A stretch of DNA of 64,000 nucleotides from Octopus sinensis (GCF_006345805.1 NC_043005.1:41788001-41852000); one strand, 5' to 3'; shown: positions 40,730-57,571, counted from the first letter of the stretch. Program-made: numbers and translations. The notes: generated by a model from the sequence alone, not told the origin.

Positions 40730-41734
40730 CACACGCGCACAGTTAATAGTACATTATCGTATGTGTCAGTGTGCGTCTGCGTAGCCGGTGAGAATTCCCA
40801 CCATTAGTAATATATATAGAACTACTTTATTTTTCTAATATATTTATTTATTTATTTATTTATTTATTCGGATGTTTAACTTCTACTTATTTAAATAGTG
40901 TGTGCATTCTTGTGTCTACATATGTCTGTTTGCGATGTTGTTGAATCACACGCCACCATATTTTAACTGCTTATATTCTTATCTGTTTTAAATTATGTTC
41001 TCTTCGCTCTATCCCATTCTTCTCCGTAGGAGTTTATTTATTTGTTCTCTTATTCTTAATTCTTCTGTATTTATTTATACAAATTTAATGCGAATGTTCG
41101 GAATTTCCTGAGATTGTTTTGAAAATCGTTTTAAAATGATTTATAGAATAATTTATTTACGGTTCCAAAATATCATTAGTTTTATCATGTATGAAAGCAG
41201 TTTCTGTGCTTAAACACAGACGCACTAACACATGCACACGCCTGTGTGTATGTATGTATGTATGTATGTATGTATGTATGTATGTATGTATGTATGTATA
41301 AAATTGCCCTCTAATGGGCGGTCAACGAACCGTGACACATGTCTAGACAGTCTTCTTTATTTTTCTGTGTATGAGGATCACTCATTACATTTGCTTCACA
41401 AACCAGAGCAAATTAATTAAAGCATAATTTTTAAGTTGAAGCACTTTAAAATTATATTCGATTTTCTGATATACATGATGTTGTACATAAATACCAAAAT
41501 AGCATATACGCGTACAATAGTGCATTCATCTCCCTCACCTAAATTTGATGCTTTATTTTGCAGGATCAGTCTTCAGATTAAAATGCTCCCTTTTTATGTT
41601 ACCCTAACACTTTCTCTTCGAAGAATGAATCGTCTATAACAACACCGTTAGCTTTAGCAGTTATCATGGGTTCACACAACAAATATAAATATTATATACG
41701 GGGAAATTCAATTATATGTGTGTGTTTGTGTGTG

Positions 41735-42160
41735 TGTGTGGTAGTAAGCTTGCTTCCCAACCACATGGTTCCAGGTTCAGCCCCACTGTATGGCACCTTG
41801 GGCAAGTGTCTTTTACTATAGCCTTGGGTCGAACAAAGCTTTGTGTGTGGATTTATTAGATGGAAACTTAAAGAAGCCCGTCGTATATATACATATGTGT
41901 GTGTGTGTATGTGTTTGTGTGAGTGTATGTGAGTGTGTATTTATGTGTGTGTGTGTTTGTGTCCCCACCACCGCTTGACAACCGATGCTGGTGTGCTTAT
42001 ATCCACGTAAATTGGCGGTTCAGCAAAAGAAACAGTTGGAATAAGTATTAGGATTGCGAAGAATAAGTCATGGGGTCGATTTCAGGGTCTAAATCTCTTT
42101 GAAGTGGTGTTCCAGTAAAGATGCTGTCAAATGAAAGAAACAAGCAAACGAATAAAAGAA
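41735..42160 (+). mobile_element. SINE family A copy
   Basis: Head, internal (TG)n and tail are all present. Confidence 0.85.
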
Positions 42161-42409
42161 TATATTTTTGGAAGACTAACAAAGCTAATCATTGATATTT
42201 GATGCTCTTAATTTGATCAATAATTTTATGCCCTCATAAAAAAAATTTATCAGCAAAAACCAAAGCTCATCTAACTATAAGCTCATATCTTTAATGCTGC
42301 CCTTACATGCTCAGAAAACATGTCCAAAGAAAAATATTAATAAAATGAAGGATAAATATAAGGTCAAATTCTCATAACCTACACGGAAAATAACAATATT
42401 CTTTTATTT

Positions 42410-42920
<511 letters not shown>

Positions 42921-42969
42921 ACATGTACACATACATAGACATATATTATGTCTATGTATATATATCTTT

Positions 42970-43352
42970 TATCTGCTTCAGTCATTTTGACTGCGACCAT
43001 GCTGGAGCACTAACTTTGGTCGGACAAATCGAACTCAGGACTTATTCTTTCTAAGCCTACTACTTATTCTATCGGTCACTTTTTTCCAAACCGCAAAGTG
43101 GAGGGGGGGTAACACAGACACACAAACATATACATACATACATGCATACATACGCACACACACACACACAAACACACACACACATATACACACACGCACA
43201 CACACGCATATACGACGGGCTTCTTTCAGTTTCCATCTACCAAATCCACACGCAAGGCTCTCGTAGCAGACACTTGCCCAAGGTACACCGCAGGGGGACT
43301 GACTCAGAACCATGTGATAGGTAAGGAAGCTACTTACCACACCGGCAGACCT
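42970..43352 (-). mobile_element. SINE family A copy
   Basis: Tail, internal (CA)n and head are present in reverse complement, in tandem with the previous copy. Confidence 0.85.
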
Positions 43353-43368
43353 GTGCCTATATTTATAT

Positions 43369-43409
<41 letters not shown>

Positions 43410-43764
43410 CAAATATATATATATATATTATATATATATACATTCTATATATTTTATATTATATATTATATACGTACATATTATATATATATATATATTA
43501 TATATATTGTGTATATATTATATATTTTATATATCTATATATATATATTATATCATATATATATATATTATTTATATATATGTATATATATTACTATATA
43601 TAATAATATATATATATAATATATATAATGTATATATACACATAATACATATATATATATAGTATATAAATATACATATAGACATGTTATATATGTAAAT
43701 ACTATATATATATTATTCATATATTATATATATATATTATATATATATATATAATATATATTAT

Positions 43765-43794
<30 letters not shown>

Positions 43795-43796
<2 letters not shown>

Positions 43797-43974
43797 GTGG
43801 CTGTGTCATAAGTAGCTCGCTTACCAACAACATGGTTTCGGGTTCAGTTTCACTGCGCGGCACCTTGAGCAAGTGTCTTTTGCTATACCTGCGGGCCGAC
43901 CAAAGCCTTGTATGTAAATTTGGTAGACGGAAACTGAAAGAAGCCTGTCGTATCTTTGTATATATATGTGTGTA

Positions 43975-44028
<54 letters not shown>

Positions 44029-44205
44029 CGTGCGTGCATATATGTATGTTTGTCCCCCCGACAGCGCCTGACAACCGATGCTGGTGTACTTACGCCCCCG
44101 TAATAAATAGTAGGCTTACAAACAATAAGTGCTGTGGTCGATTTGTTCGACTAAATGCGGTGCACCAGAATGGACGCAGTTAAATGGCTGAAACAAATAA
44201 AAGAA
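43795..44205 (+). mobile_element. SINE family A copy
   Basis: Head, internal (TG)n and a shortened tail. Confidence 0.85.
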
Positions 44206-44549
44206 TATATTCGGAGTGTTATCATGGCTACCGAATAATTGTCGCATATTATATTTACAGATAAATTCCTCTAGTTACTTAATATTGAGATCTCTTCCAT
44301 TCTTTTGTTGTCTTACCATTTCTATCAGTATATTGTATATATATATATCTATATATTATATAGATATATTTTATATACATATATTATATATTATATATAT
44401 TTATATACATATAAATTATATATATTACATATTATTATTATAATATATATGATATATATTTAATTTATATATATTATATATATTATATGATATATATATA
44501 ATATATATTATATATATATCGATTATATATATATATCGATTCCTGTACC

Positions 44550-44816
44550 GTGCTGTGTTTTGTTGTGTTCATGAGCGCGACAATTTATTTCACGTTGCTC
44601 CAGTTAGCTCAGCAAGAAATGAGTTGCGACGTCAATGGTGGGAATCTGTATTGGTATTTGCCTTTCCCTGGGATATCATTGATGGCGTGGAGATGGTGGT
44701 ATGCATGGTTGACTGCTGTTCTTTCATAAAACAACCTTGCTCGGACTGGTACCTCAGAGTGTAACTTTCTAGGTGCAATTCCATGGTCATTCATGACCGA
44801 AGGTTGTCTTTGCTCT

Positions 44817-44854
<38 letters not shown>

Positions 44855-45130
44855 CTGGCACGCCGTCGTTTACGACAACGTGTGCGCCATTTGATCCAGT
44901 CAATGGGACAGCCTCATGAAACGAACATGCATACCCTTATTATAGTTCTCCGGGAGATTCAGCGTGACACGGAATGTGGCAAAGATGGCCCTTTGAAGTA
45001 CATGTACTACCCATCATTGCAAGCCGAGTGGAGTACAACAACGTGAAAGAAAGTGTTTTTGCTGAAGGACACAACGATCTCCCGACCTTACAACAGTAAA
45101 CCGAATATCCCTAACCACTGAGTCACATAC
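44550..45130. mobile_element. Two SINEs: a + strand copy (44550-44815) and a minus-strand family C copy (44850-45130)
   Basis: TTTCACGTTGCTCCAGT segment in the first. The second is the reverse complement of the family C head/body (CCCTAACCAC; CAGGGAGATTCAGCGTGACAC-like). Confidence 0.7.
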
Positions 45131-47174
45131 TTTCATACACACCAACACACACACACATACACATATGCATACGCACACAGACCCATAGATACAGGCATTT
45201 ATATGTTTGTTAACATATGAAACGAAACGACGGTATATATATATTTGTGCCATATACTGTAACTTAGTATGTTTGAAGGTTTTAAGTATATCTATGAAAG
45301 TATGCTTCTTGAATTATTTGAAATTGAGTATGTTAATATATTTCTCTGTGTTTCAAATACGAAGTTAACTCTTGGTAAAACTACGAAACAGTCATTTAAA
45401 CGTAAGATGCAATATAATATATATACTGCAAAGAATACTTTATTTTACAACCTACGGTATCAAATTATTCCAATGTGATGTGCCTTTAAGAATCGATATA
45501 TTATAAACTAATCTTCCTCAGTTGACAGCAAAACTGTATCTGTTATTAGGTAGCTCAAAACTCAAGGCGATGCTATAGCGACAAATTTAGACATTATTGT
45601 ATATCTTACGAAAATATCTATGTTACGTACAGTTTATGAGTAATGATCTAGAAGTTGTTATAAAAGGATTTAGTACGATACACAAGACAAATTTTTTGCA
45701 TAAATAGCCAATATTTTGCATTAGAAAGATACGGAAACAAAGATTATTTTACTGTCTAACTAAATACAGGTTGGTATAGTCTAGTTTTATGGAAAGCATA
45801 CCATAGATTTCCAATGAATATCAAGAATATGACTCAATTATATGATTAGCATTATGTAATTTAAGCAATATTATAAGTATAGGTTCGACGGAGACACCAT
45901 GCTTATAAAACAATATCATGAATACATGATGTTTCTTAAAAATTTCAAAATGTAGAAAGTCTACCAATTTTTGTGTCACTAGATTTCTTAAATTTTAAAA
46001 AAAAAAAAACAGATTAAACATATCCTGTTGGCTTAGTGAGCATGGTTTGTGTTACCCTGATCAATGTACTGGGTATTTTCTGTGAGGTACGCTTCCCAGG
46101 TAATTTCCTTAATATAACGGAAATGTGAAGCTACAATGTAGAAGCAAGAGCAGATTCGGAGTTGTTATCCAAGAAATCTCTGAGGCCGGAATGGTGTGGA
46201 AATGGAAGAACACTCGTGGATGTCACCCAAGACTAAACTTTTTGACATTTGTTACATCAACATCCGTGTTAAAAATCAATGAGTTTCTTCGCAAAAACAT
46301 TTCATTAATTTATTCTTCCATCTACACATGTACACATACAAATATGCATGTTATTCTACATGGATATGCAGAACTACGATTCTATGCATTATCAAGAGCT
46401 ATTGTCATTTGCGTGCTCAAGTCATTCATCTCCAAGTAACGTTCATTTAGGAATATAAGGCAATTAAATACAATTCACTTCTCGCATTAAAATTGATTAC
46501 ACACACACAACACACACACACACACACACATTCAAATACCCGCACACTCAAACACACAACCACTCAAACCCCACCACCATAAACATAAACAAAAGGTTGA
46601 TAGTTTTGTATTCTTTTTCTTACATTTTCAATTTTTATAGGAAACATGTCTAAATACACACACACACACACACACACACCACACACACACAAAGGGGGAA
46701 AATAATGCTTGTCAGGCAATAGTGATAAATTGGTGCTGTGGGGGTATAAGCTGTTGAAAGTTAGCTGCAGAAACCGAAAGAGAAAATGAGCTACTTATTA
46801 AAACACTTGCCAACACTTTTCAGCAATAACAACATATATCTTAGCATCTGATATATGTGACTGCTGAATTATGATACCATCCCTCCCAAAATAGACATCT
46901 CTTTCGGCTAAGAATGTATGCATATTCATTTAAATATAAATATATTGTATGTATGTATGTACGTATACACACACACATATAGATACATATGTATGTATGT
47001 ATGTATATATATATATATATAGCTATATATATATATATATATTATATACGTATGTATTATATATATATATATATATACATACATACATACATATGATCTA
47101 TGTGTGTATCGTGTGTAGGGTACGTGTCATACATACATACATACAATATATTTATATATATATACATACATACG

Positions 47175-47221
<47 letters not shown>

Positions 47222-47237
47222 CACAACACACATATAT

Positions 47238-47284
<47 letters not shown>

Positions 47285-47289
47285 TTATA

Positions 47290-47320
<31 letters not shown>

Positions 47321-47719
47321 CATACATACACACATAAACCAACACATATATGTTCAAGAATACATAAATGAATATATTCGCAACGGAGTCTTCGCTTCTT
47401 TATGCTTTATGTACATATTCCAGATTATGCATCATAATTATTTCCATGAAGACCAGACTGGCTGCATATCACTCATAATGTCATCATTACCATCTTCATC
47501 GTATTAATAATTACATATTAATGAATTTAATCACCATCGTCATCGTAGCCGTCGTTTTGTTGTCGCTCACCGCACCACCACGACCTTTCGTGAAGAAGGG
47601 CAGGCGATGTTCTGTCTAGCGCAGTGTTTCTCAACTGTGGTCCTTGCTGGCTCACATTAGAGTTTGATGTTAAAATTTATGCGCAATAAACTGGTTACAC
47701 TTCTACAATACCTTTTACT

Positions 47720-47880
47720 TGCTTTAGTTATTTAACTGCGGCCATACTGGGGCACCGACTTGAAGGGTTTTTAGTCGAACAAATCTACCTCAGGATTTAT
47801 TTTTTTATGCCTAGTACTTATTTTACCGCTAACTTACGGGGACGTAAATACAGCAACGGCAGAGACAGAAGAACACACGC
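47720..47880 (-). mobile_element. SINE family A tail
   Basis: GCGGCCATACTGGGGCACCG...TTAGTCGAACAAATC...CTTACGGGGACGTAAA. Confidence 0.75.
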
Positions 47881-47895
47881 ACACACATAGATATA

Positions 47896-47952
<57 letters not shown>

Positions 47953-48138
47953 GTATATATATACATGTATATATATTATATATATTATATATATATATAT
48001 ATATACAATATATGTATGTATATATATATGTATATATGTATATATATGTATAAGGGTGGAAAGGAACACACGAGTTGATATATATGAAAAAACAAGTCAA
48101 AAATAGAAAATGCTAAGATAATTTTATAGTGAATCTTT

Positions 48139-48175
48139 CAGTACCGTTTCGGTCATTTTGAGACCTTTTCAACTG
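48139..48175 (-). ncRNA. Type I hammerhead (U3-A8), mirror copy with one C missing in stem III
   Basis: Minus strand reads CAG-TTGAAAA-GGTC-TCAAAAT-GACC-GAAA-CGG-TA-CTG. Confidence 0.65.
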
Positions 48176-48436
48176 TAACGATTAAATAATTAATTTAGAA
48201 AAATTAGAAGAAAAGTTTTTTTAAAAGAATATTCTATAGTAGTGTTCAGATATAAGTAGCATTCTGCCTTTCTCTGACTCCCTTGTTTGCACTTTCTCTG
48301 ACTCCCTTGTTGCACAAGTGCAAACAAGGGAGTCAGAGAAAGGCAGAATGCTACTTATATCTGAACACTACTATAGAAATATTCTTTTAAAAAAACTTTT
48401 CTTCTAATTTTTCTAAATTTAATTATTTAATCGTTA

Positions 48437-48474
48437 CAGTTGAAAAGGTCTCAAAATGACCGAAACCGGTACTG
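48437..48474 (+). ncRNA. Minimal type I hammerhead ribozyme, U3-A8 variant
   Basis: Stem I CAG/CTG; core TTGAAAA 48440-46; stem II GGTC/GACC; GAAA 48462-65; palindromic A-CCGG-T; predicted cleavage GUA after 48471. Confidence 0.8.
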
Positions 48475-48597
48475 AAAGATTCACTATAAAATTATCTTAG
48501 CATTTCTATTTTTGACTTGTTTTTTCATATGTATATATATATATATATATATAATATATATATATATATTATATATATATATAATATATATATATAT

Positions 48598-49229
48598 CTA
48601 TACTACAAAATGAGAATGGAGAAACATACTTAAATCAATAAAACATCAACTATCCGATGATACCCAATCATACTTTAATACACATTAATATGAGTAAAGG
48701 CATTATATAAAATGATCGGTACTTATTAATATTAGTATATACACTGATATATATTTTGTTTATTTTGTTCTGTTTACCTTCCTTTATTGTAACAATAAGT
48801 ATTATTTATATAAGTGTAGCATTATATGTATAAGTTTTTATATTTTTTTATATTTTACATTTTTATATTTTTATATTTATATGTATATGGTTATATATAT
48901 TTTTCACATTATAACAAATTTAATTTAATTCTCTGAAGAGGCCGTGGGGCATCCTTGTTAATGCCTCATTTATACCTGCCTTTATGGCTAAGAGGTTAAA
49001 TGAGGTGACTGCCCTCACACTGCCGAAACAGCTGTCAGTTTTGATTAATTGCAATTATATTTGAAAATGTTTTCTTATATCTCTTATCTTTTACTATTAC
49101 TGTATATCTCATTTTATATAATGCTTTACTCATATTAATGGTTTTTTAAAGTATTGATTGGGTATCATCGGATAGTTGATGTTTTATTGATTTTAAGTAT
49201 GTTTCTCCATTCTCTAATTTTGTAGTATT
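48598..49229. repeat. Inverted repeat (about 120-bp arms) enclosing a hammerhead; PLE pseudo-LTR-like
   Basis: 48598-48717 is the near reverse complement of 49110-49229. Confidence 0.85.
48927..49042 (+). ncRNA. Type I hammerhead ribozyme with an extended branched stem II
   Basis: CTGAAGA 48933-39; GGC(48940-42)/GCC(49022-24); GAAA 49025-28; loopless ACAG/CTGT stem III; GUC cleavage after 49036. Stem I has only 2 contiguous bp. Confidence 0.75.
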
Positions 49230-49398
49230 AATTTACGGTAATATTATTACCTTAACCCATATAATACAATAGATTGACTGATTGTTTGACAATTTTTTAA
49301 CATCTAGTATTAATCTTGTTGGGTACCTATCTGGCGTATATTGGATATATATTATCCCATGGTGGGTTGAATTTTCAACCCCTATCTCATTTTTAACC

Positions 49399-49438
<40 letters not shown>

Positions 49439-49575
49439 ATGTATATATATATATACGTTCTGTATATATATATTATATATATATATAATATATAATATAT
49501 ATAATATATATATATATGTACATATATATATATATGAATATATATATATATGCATATATATATATATGTATATTG

Positions 49576-49614
<39 letters not shown>

Positions 49615-50094
49615 CATATACGTATATATACAATATAATAATATATAAATATATGCATATATACAACATAATATACATACCTACATATATATGTATATAT
49701 ACACATGCATATATGGGTACAGGACATAAAAAAAAACGTTGAACACTATGAGAAACGAAAACATAAAAACAAAAACATAGAAACGAGCTTTTTTGGAACA
49801 ACGAAAAAAACAAACAGAGAAACGAGACATACGACATAAAGAATATTCCCCTTCTTCAGTTGTTCCTGTTTCCTCCAATCCACATTCGAAGGCAAGGACA
49901 AGACGCGACTTAGTTGAAACAGTCCTTTCCGAAAAGCAAAATAAATAAAATTTGGAATTTTTTGCGGAGGGTGAAATCGGTAACAAGAACAGGACAGTGA
50001 GATACAAAACAGTAAAACCAATGTTTTATAATTATATAAGTTGTGTATTTTGAGTACAGGCAAATAAGTACCAAGATTTAAAACGATACATGTG

Positions 50095-50250
50095 CAGGTG
50101 AGGCTGTGTAGTAAGAAGTTTGCTTCCCGACCACAAGGTTCCAGGTTCAGTCCCATTGAGTTGTATCTTGGGCAAATGTCTTCTGCGCTAACCTCAGGCT
50201 GACCAAAGCCTTGTGAGTGGATTTGTTAGACAGAAATTGAAAGAACCCAG

Positions 50251-50255
<5 letters not shown>
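50095..50255 (+). mobile_element. SINE family A head
   Basis: GGCTGTGTAGTAAGAAG...GGTTCAGTCCC...CCAAAGCCTTGTGAGTGGATTTG. Confidence 0.8.
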
Positions 50256-50293
<38 letters not shown>

Positions 50294-50613
50294 AATTGAG
50301 ATAGGGGTTGTAAATGCAACCCTCCATGGGATAACATATATCCAATATACTGCTAGTGAAGTACCCAACAAAGTATACTTATACTTATATTTATATTACT
50401 TACATTTATATTGCTCTTTATATATATTCTACTTATTATACAACATTACTTTTTTTATGTACACTTTTTATGTACATTCCTTTATGTACACTGATTTGTT
50501 CTGCTTTTTATATCTAACCCTACGTTCTCTTATGTGGTGGTTTAATAAGTATGTGATTGAGTATTATCTGGTAATTAGATTTGATTTAGATGTATTTCTC
50601 CATTTTCTTATCT

Positions 50614-50692
<79 letters not shown>

Positions 50693-50707
50693 ATTATTAT
50701 TATTATC

Positions 50708-50739
<32 letters not shown>

Positions 50740-50769
50740 CTATTATTATTATTATTTCCGGCAAAGACT

Positions 50770-50950
50770 ACTAGCTGGTGGAATCGTTACCGCGCCGGAC
50801 AAAATTATTAGCGGTATTCCGTCCGTCTTCACCTTCTAAGTTCAAATGCTGCCCGGGTCGATATAATAAGTACTAGTTGAGCATTGAGGCCGACGTAATC
50901 GACTTACCCCAAAATTGCGGTCAACAGCTAAAATTTGAAACCATTATTAT
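50770..50950 (+). mobile_element. SINE family B, diverged
   Basis: GCTGGTGGAATCGTTACCGCGCCGG...TTCTAAGTTCAAAT...AAGTACTAGTTGAGCA. Confidence 0.6.
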
Positions 50951-51894
50951 TATAGCCTGAATTCTCGTAAGACACGTCAGCTTTGGCTTGGAGTATTTTC
51001 TCATAAGGCTGACTCATTTAATTGCCAAGTTTGTATATCATGAATCGTATGGTTCATGGGTTATTTCAGTAGTTTGATACACTTCTAAAGGCTTTTTCCT
51101 TAAAACTATTTAAAGTGAGCAGCACTGTTATGTCACTGTTTTATCTGAGAGATACAGTCTATTGAGAGATAGTCTATTTTATTTCTCAGTTGCATGCTTC
51201 AGATTTCAATATTATTTCTAAGATTGAAGTAGTAGCACAACTTAGATGTCTTAATAGCCTTTTCCAGACCGAGCAACATTGCTGAAACCAAAAATATTTT
51301 AATGAGATTCTCAGAGAATTAGCAAGAAAGAAATACTCATGTACTCTCCACAATCGAAAGATCTCATCTAGTCATTGGCAGATGATTAAAATATTTGCAG
51401 TTGACCTTCTAGACTGCTGATTGTAAATATTATTGATAAAATAGAATATTTATTGATTATATGTTCAGATTATTTTCGGACGACATTTTAAATTCTATTA
51501 TAAATTAAAATGTCTTAGTAAATATTAACTGCTTATATGGATATAGACTCAGCTCTGGAAGAGATAGTCGTGTTGAACATGGACTTAACACATTAAGGAC
51601 GATAGGATATGTACCACTGCTGTAACAATTTAGCTGTTCGCAATCTCTCGTGAGTCATTGCGAAAACTGTAAACATTCGCATATTCACACATAGACATGC
51701 ACAAGACATACATATATTTTATTCCGTTTATAGGCGTAGGAGTGGCTGTGTGGAAAGTAGCTTACTTACGAACCACATGCTTCCGGGTTCAGTCCCACTG
51801 CGTGGCACCTTGGGCAAGTGTCTTTACTAATGCCTCGGGCTAACCAAAGCATTGTGAGTGGATTTGGTAGAGGGAAACTGAAAGAAGCCCGGCG

Positions 51895-52002
<108 letters not shown>

Positions 52003-52126
52003 TAAAAGGAATTCCAACCTTGTCTGATTTTCGCGTTTTATTTACAATCTTATAATGATATAATATAATATAATATAATAAAATAGAATAAAATAAAATA
52101 ATAGAATGTTAAATGTTCATTCTGAT

Positions 52127-52171
52127 TGAACTAGTACTTTCATGCATTAAATTCTGCAATCTTCAGGTTCA
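52127..52171 (-). ncRNA. Type I hammerhead ribozyme (mirror copy)
   Basis: Exact reverse complement of 52248-52292. Confidence 0.8.
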
Positions 52172-52247
52172 TGTAGTAGTGGTTACAGTCATGCTTCACA
52201 ATTTTTGACAGTCAAAATTGTGAAGCATGACTGTAACCACTACTACA

Positions 52248-52292
52248 TGAACCTGAAGATTGCAGAATTTAATGCATGAAAGTACTAGTTCA
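52248..52292 (+). ncRNA. Type I hammerhead ribozyme with canonical core
   Basis: Stem I TGAAC/GTTCA (5 bp); CTGAAGA 52253-59; stem II TGCA/TGCA closed by a U-U mismatch; GAAA 52278-81; palindromic A-GTAC-T; predicted cleavage CUA after 52287. Confidence 0.82.
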
Positions 52293-52477
52293 ATCAGAAT
52301 GAACATTTAACATTCTATTATTTCATTTTATTTTTTTATATTATTATATTATATCAATATAAGATTGTAAACAAAACGTGAAAATCAGACAAGGTTGGAA
52401 TTCCTTTTATTAATATATTCTTCTATACACAATCACACACACCCGTATATCTATATATCTATATATACATATATATA

Positions 52478-52599
<122 letters not shown>

Positions 52600-52603
52600 T
52601 ATA

Positions 52604-52696
<93 letters not shown>

Positions 52697-52989
52697 GTGC
52701 ATGTGTATGTATATGTTTGTGTGTCAGTGTTTCGCCCCCGATGACAACCGATGCTGGTGTCTTTACGTTCCCGTAACCTAGCGGTTCGGCAAAAGCGACC
52801 GATAGACTAAGTACTAGGCTCACAAGGAATAAGTCCTGGGGTCGATTTGCTCGACAAAAGGCGGTGCTCCAGCATGGCCACAGTCAAATTACGTTTGCAA
52901 TTCCGTTTGCAACAATATCTCTCTTCTCTCTCTGTCTCTCTCTTTATCTATCTATCTAACAATGAATATACATACATTCGTATAGAGAA

Positions 52990-53540
52990 TCGGTTGCCGT
53001 TTTTGCCCTAGTACCTTACGAAAGAGACTGATTTCTAGGTATCCCATGACTAGGTTAGCAAGTGGGGGGGCAGTCTCGTACCCATCGCAGTTCCCGATTT
53101 TTGTCGATAGAAATTGTCTTTGAAGTCAAAGTAGTTATTCCGCAAGATGAATTTTAGCTCTTCTGTTACGAATTCTTTTTTGATGCGATGGGGGAGTTCA
53201 TTGGAGTAATTCTGTAACGAGAATTGAATTTCCTGTATTCCTAGGTTGTAGGGGATATTAGAATACAGGTTGACTATTTTACCCCCTCTATAAATTCAGG
53301 GACGATGCAACCAGTCGTCAGCGCATTTGCAAAGAGTCATATTTTAGCGCAAAATATAAAACCTCTTTTGAATGTTTCCACCACAGATGACATCTTTAGT
53401 TTCATCTACTATAAGGGTCTTAGAATAATACCCACGCAAATATTAAAAACGATATATTCAGAACAGAACAATTCCAATCACTACTACTATAACCACAACT
53501 GGTCACTTTTAGGTCATTTTACCATTTAAGAGGATTCCAC
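52990..53540 (-). mobile_element. Penelope-like RT fragment, degenerate
   Basis: ILRNNYFDFKDNFYRQKSGTAMGTRLPP / ANLVMGYLE, with a frameshift between the two parts. Confidence 0.8.
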
Positions 53541-53604
53541 CCACATCCTACTACTATCATACCACTCCCGTATTTTTATTAATCACTCTCCTTTTTCAGC
53601 TCCC

Positions 53605-53697
53605 CTTCTTCTTCTTCTTCTTCTTCTTCTTCTTCTTCTTCTTCTTCTTCTTCTTCTTCTTCTTCTTCTTCTTCTTCTTCTTCTTCTTCTTCTTCTT
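53605..53697. repeat. (TTC)n/(GAA)n microsatellite
   Basis: A pure trinucleotide run of about 30 units, which explains the poly-E ORF 53579..53782. Confidence 0.98.
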
Positions 53698-54791
53698 TTC
53701 GGCGGCTACTGCTTCTTAAACGATCCAAAAACCAAAAACTCATATAAAATATAATTTTAGTACTGCTAGCAAGTCTCCCCAAGAGTAAAAAAAAAGAGAG
53801 AGAAGAGAGGGGGGGGGCAGATAACAGAAAAAAAGGAAAATGTCCCTTGTATTTTAAAAACTATGGAAATATTTAATAAACAAACATCTCATTTAATTTT
53901 TCCGCAATATAATTGTTTACCATGCTTTAGTTTAAGTTGAAAAAGTTGCAAAGACTGAAATCGGTGCTAAAATGTTCTTCATGATAAAATTATTTTAGCA
54001 TTTTCTACCTTGTCTTATATATATATATATATATACACATACAAGCACACACACACATATATATAAATGAAACATTTCACTGTAAAGAAACAACGACAGA
54101 TTAAAAAAACATATACATATACAACCGGATGGGAAACAGACACTGAGGATCCCTAATTCTTCATCAGTTTTCAACCAAATGGTAATGGTCAGTTTCGCAC
54201 CTATAATGAGAAGACTGGGGAGGGGGGAGTTCCTATATGGCAGAGAATAGGAACTCAAGCAAACAAAACAAATAAATTTAATCCAAGACGATTAACAAAG
54301 ACGATGAAATAAATAGGTAACGAGCTAAATGCGGCCTTAGGGCCAAAAGGACACGAGTCGTGGGTAATGATTAGAAGAAATCCTGAATGATGTAGACAAC
54401 AGCAAATAGCGAGACGGAGAAATATTTTTGGCGACCGAACAGCTGGCTGCTGGTGTGGAAAAGGAAGCAGATGAAGGGATGTTGGACACGGGTCATCTTT
54501 CAGCAGCAGGTAGAGGAGAAAGGTAGACAGAGAATGACAAACAGAAAACAAGGAAAAAATGGAGGGGGAATGAGAAAGAAAAACGATACAAACACAAGTA
54601 AGAAGGCGAGAGAGGGAGAAAACAAATAAAGGGGAAGTGGACAGGCTAGAAATAGAAACAAGAGAGCGAGAAGGAAAAAAAAGCAAGAGTAGAGTCACAC
54701 AGATATATATATATATATATATATATACTGTTAATTCAAAGATAGGCGCATGCGTACCGCTACTTAATAAATGAAAACATTCATAATACAC

Positions 54792-54985
54792 CATCATCAT
54801 CATTGTTCGACCGTGGTCGAGACAATGGAATTTACCATGCTACGCTAGACTTCACGGTCCATCATGGCATTACGGAGGTCCTGTTGCTGGATGCCTGTAT
54901 CCCTGGAGATTACATCAGGGTAGAAGAGTGTGCGCCCTCTGGTATGCGAGTAGATGGCTTCCAGAGGAGAAGACACACACGCATA
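54792..54985 (-). mobile_element. RTE-clade LINE 3' end with (TGA)n tail
   Basis: RGRTLFYPDVISRDTGIQQQDLRNAMMDREV*RSMVNSIVSTTVEQ followed by TGATGATGATG. Confidence 0.75.
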
Positions 54986-54993
54986 ACTATATA

Positions 54994-55056
<63 letters not shown>

Positions 55057-55238
55057 TTCTCCATATATATATATGGAGTTTGACATACACAGACACGTGC
55101 ATAAATATATTCTTTATCTCTGTCTCTCTCTCTTTCTTATATCACCGTAATCACCGTGACCGACCAGGCTATCAGATGTTGCTACACATCGCTGGTCACA
55201 ATGCGCTTCCATTCCCATGTTTTAGCCACTTTCTGATA

Positions 55239-55280
<42 letters not shown>

Positions 55281-55344
55281 TATATTCATACATACATATA
55301 CATATATATACATATATATATATACATTTTGTGTGTGGGTGTGT

Positions 55345-57485
<2,141 letters not shown>

Positions 57486-57523
57486 ATATAAAGATAGACA
57501 GATAGACAGACAGACAGACAGAC

Positions 57524-57558
<35 letters not shown>

Positions 57559-57571
57559 GAGAGAGATAGAG

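Larger units (their letters stand above)
48082..48530. repeat. Near-perfect foldback palindrome (about 213-bp arms, 21-nt loop) of a PLE-type terminus
   Basis: 48082-48294 is the reverse complement of 48316-48530. The differences I could see are single-base homopolymer indels. The loop 48295-48315 duplicates 48271-48293. Confidence 0.95.

Noticed and set aside
54115-54166. Minus-strand CTGATGA...CCGG near a C/T-rich tract
   Set aside because: It is probably a decayed PLE terminus, but GAAA is absent and it is too degenerate to call.
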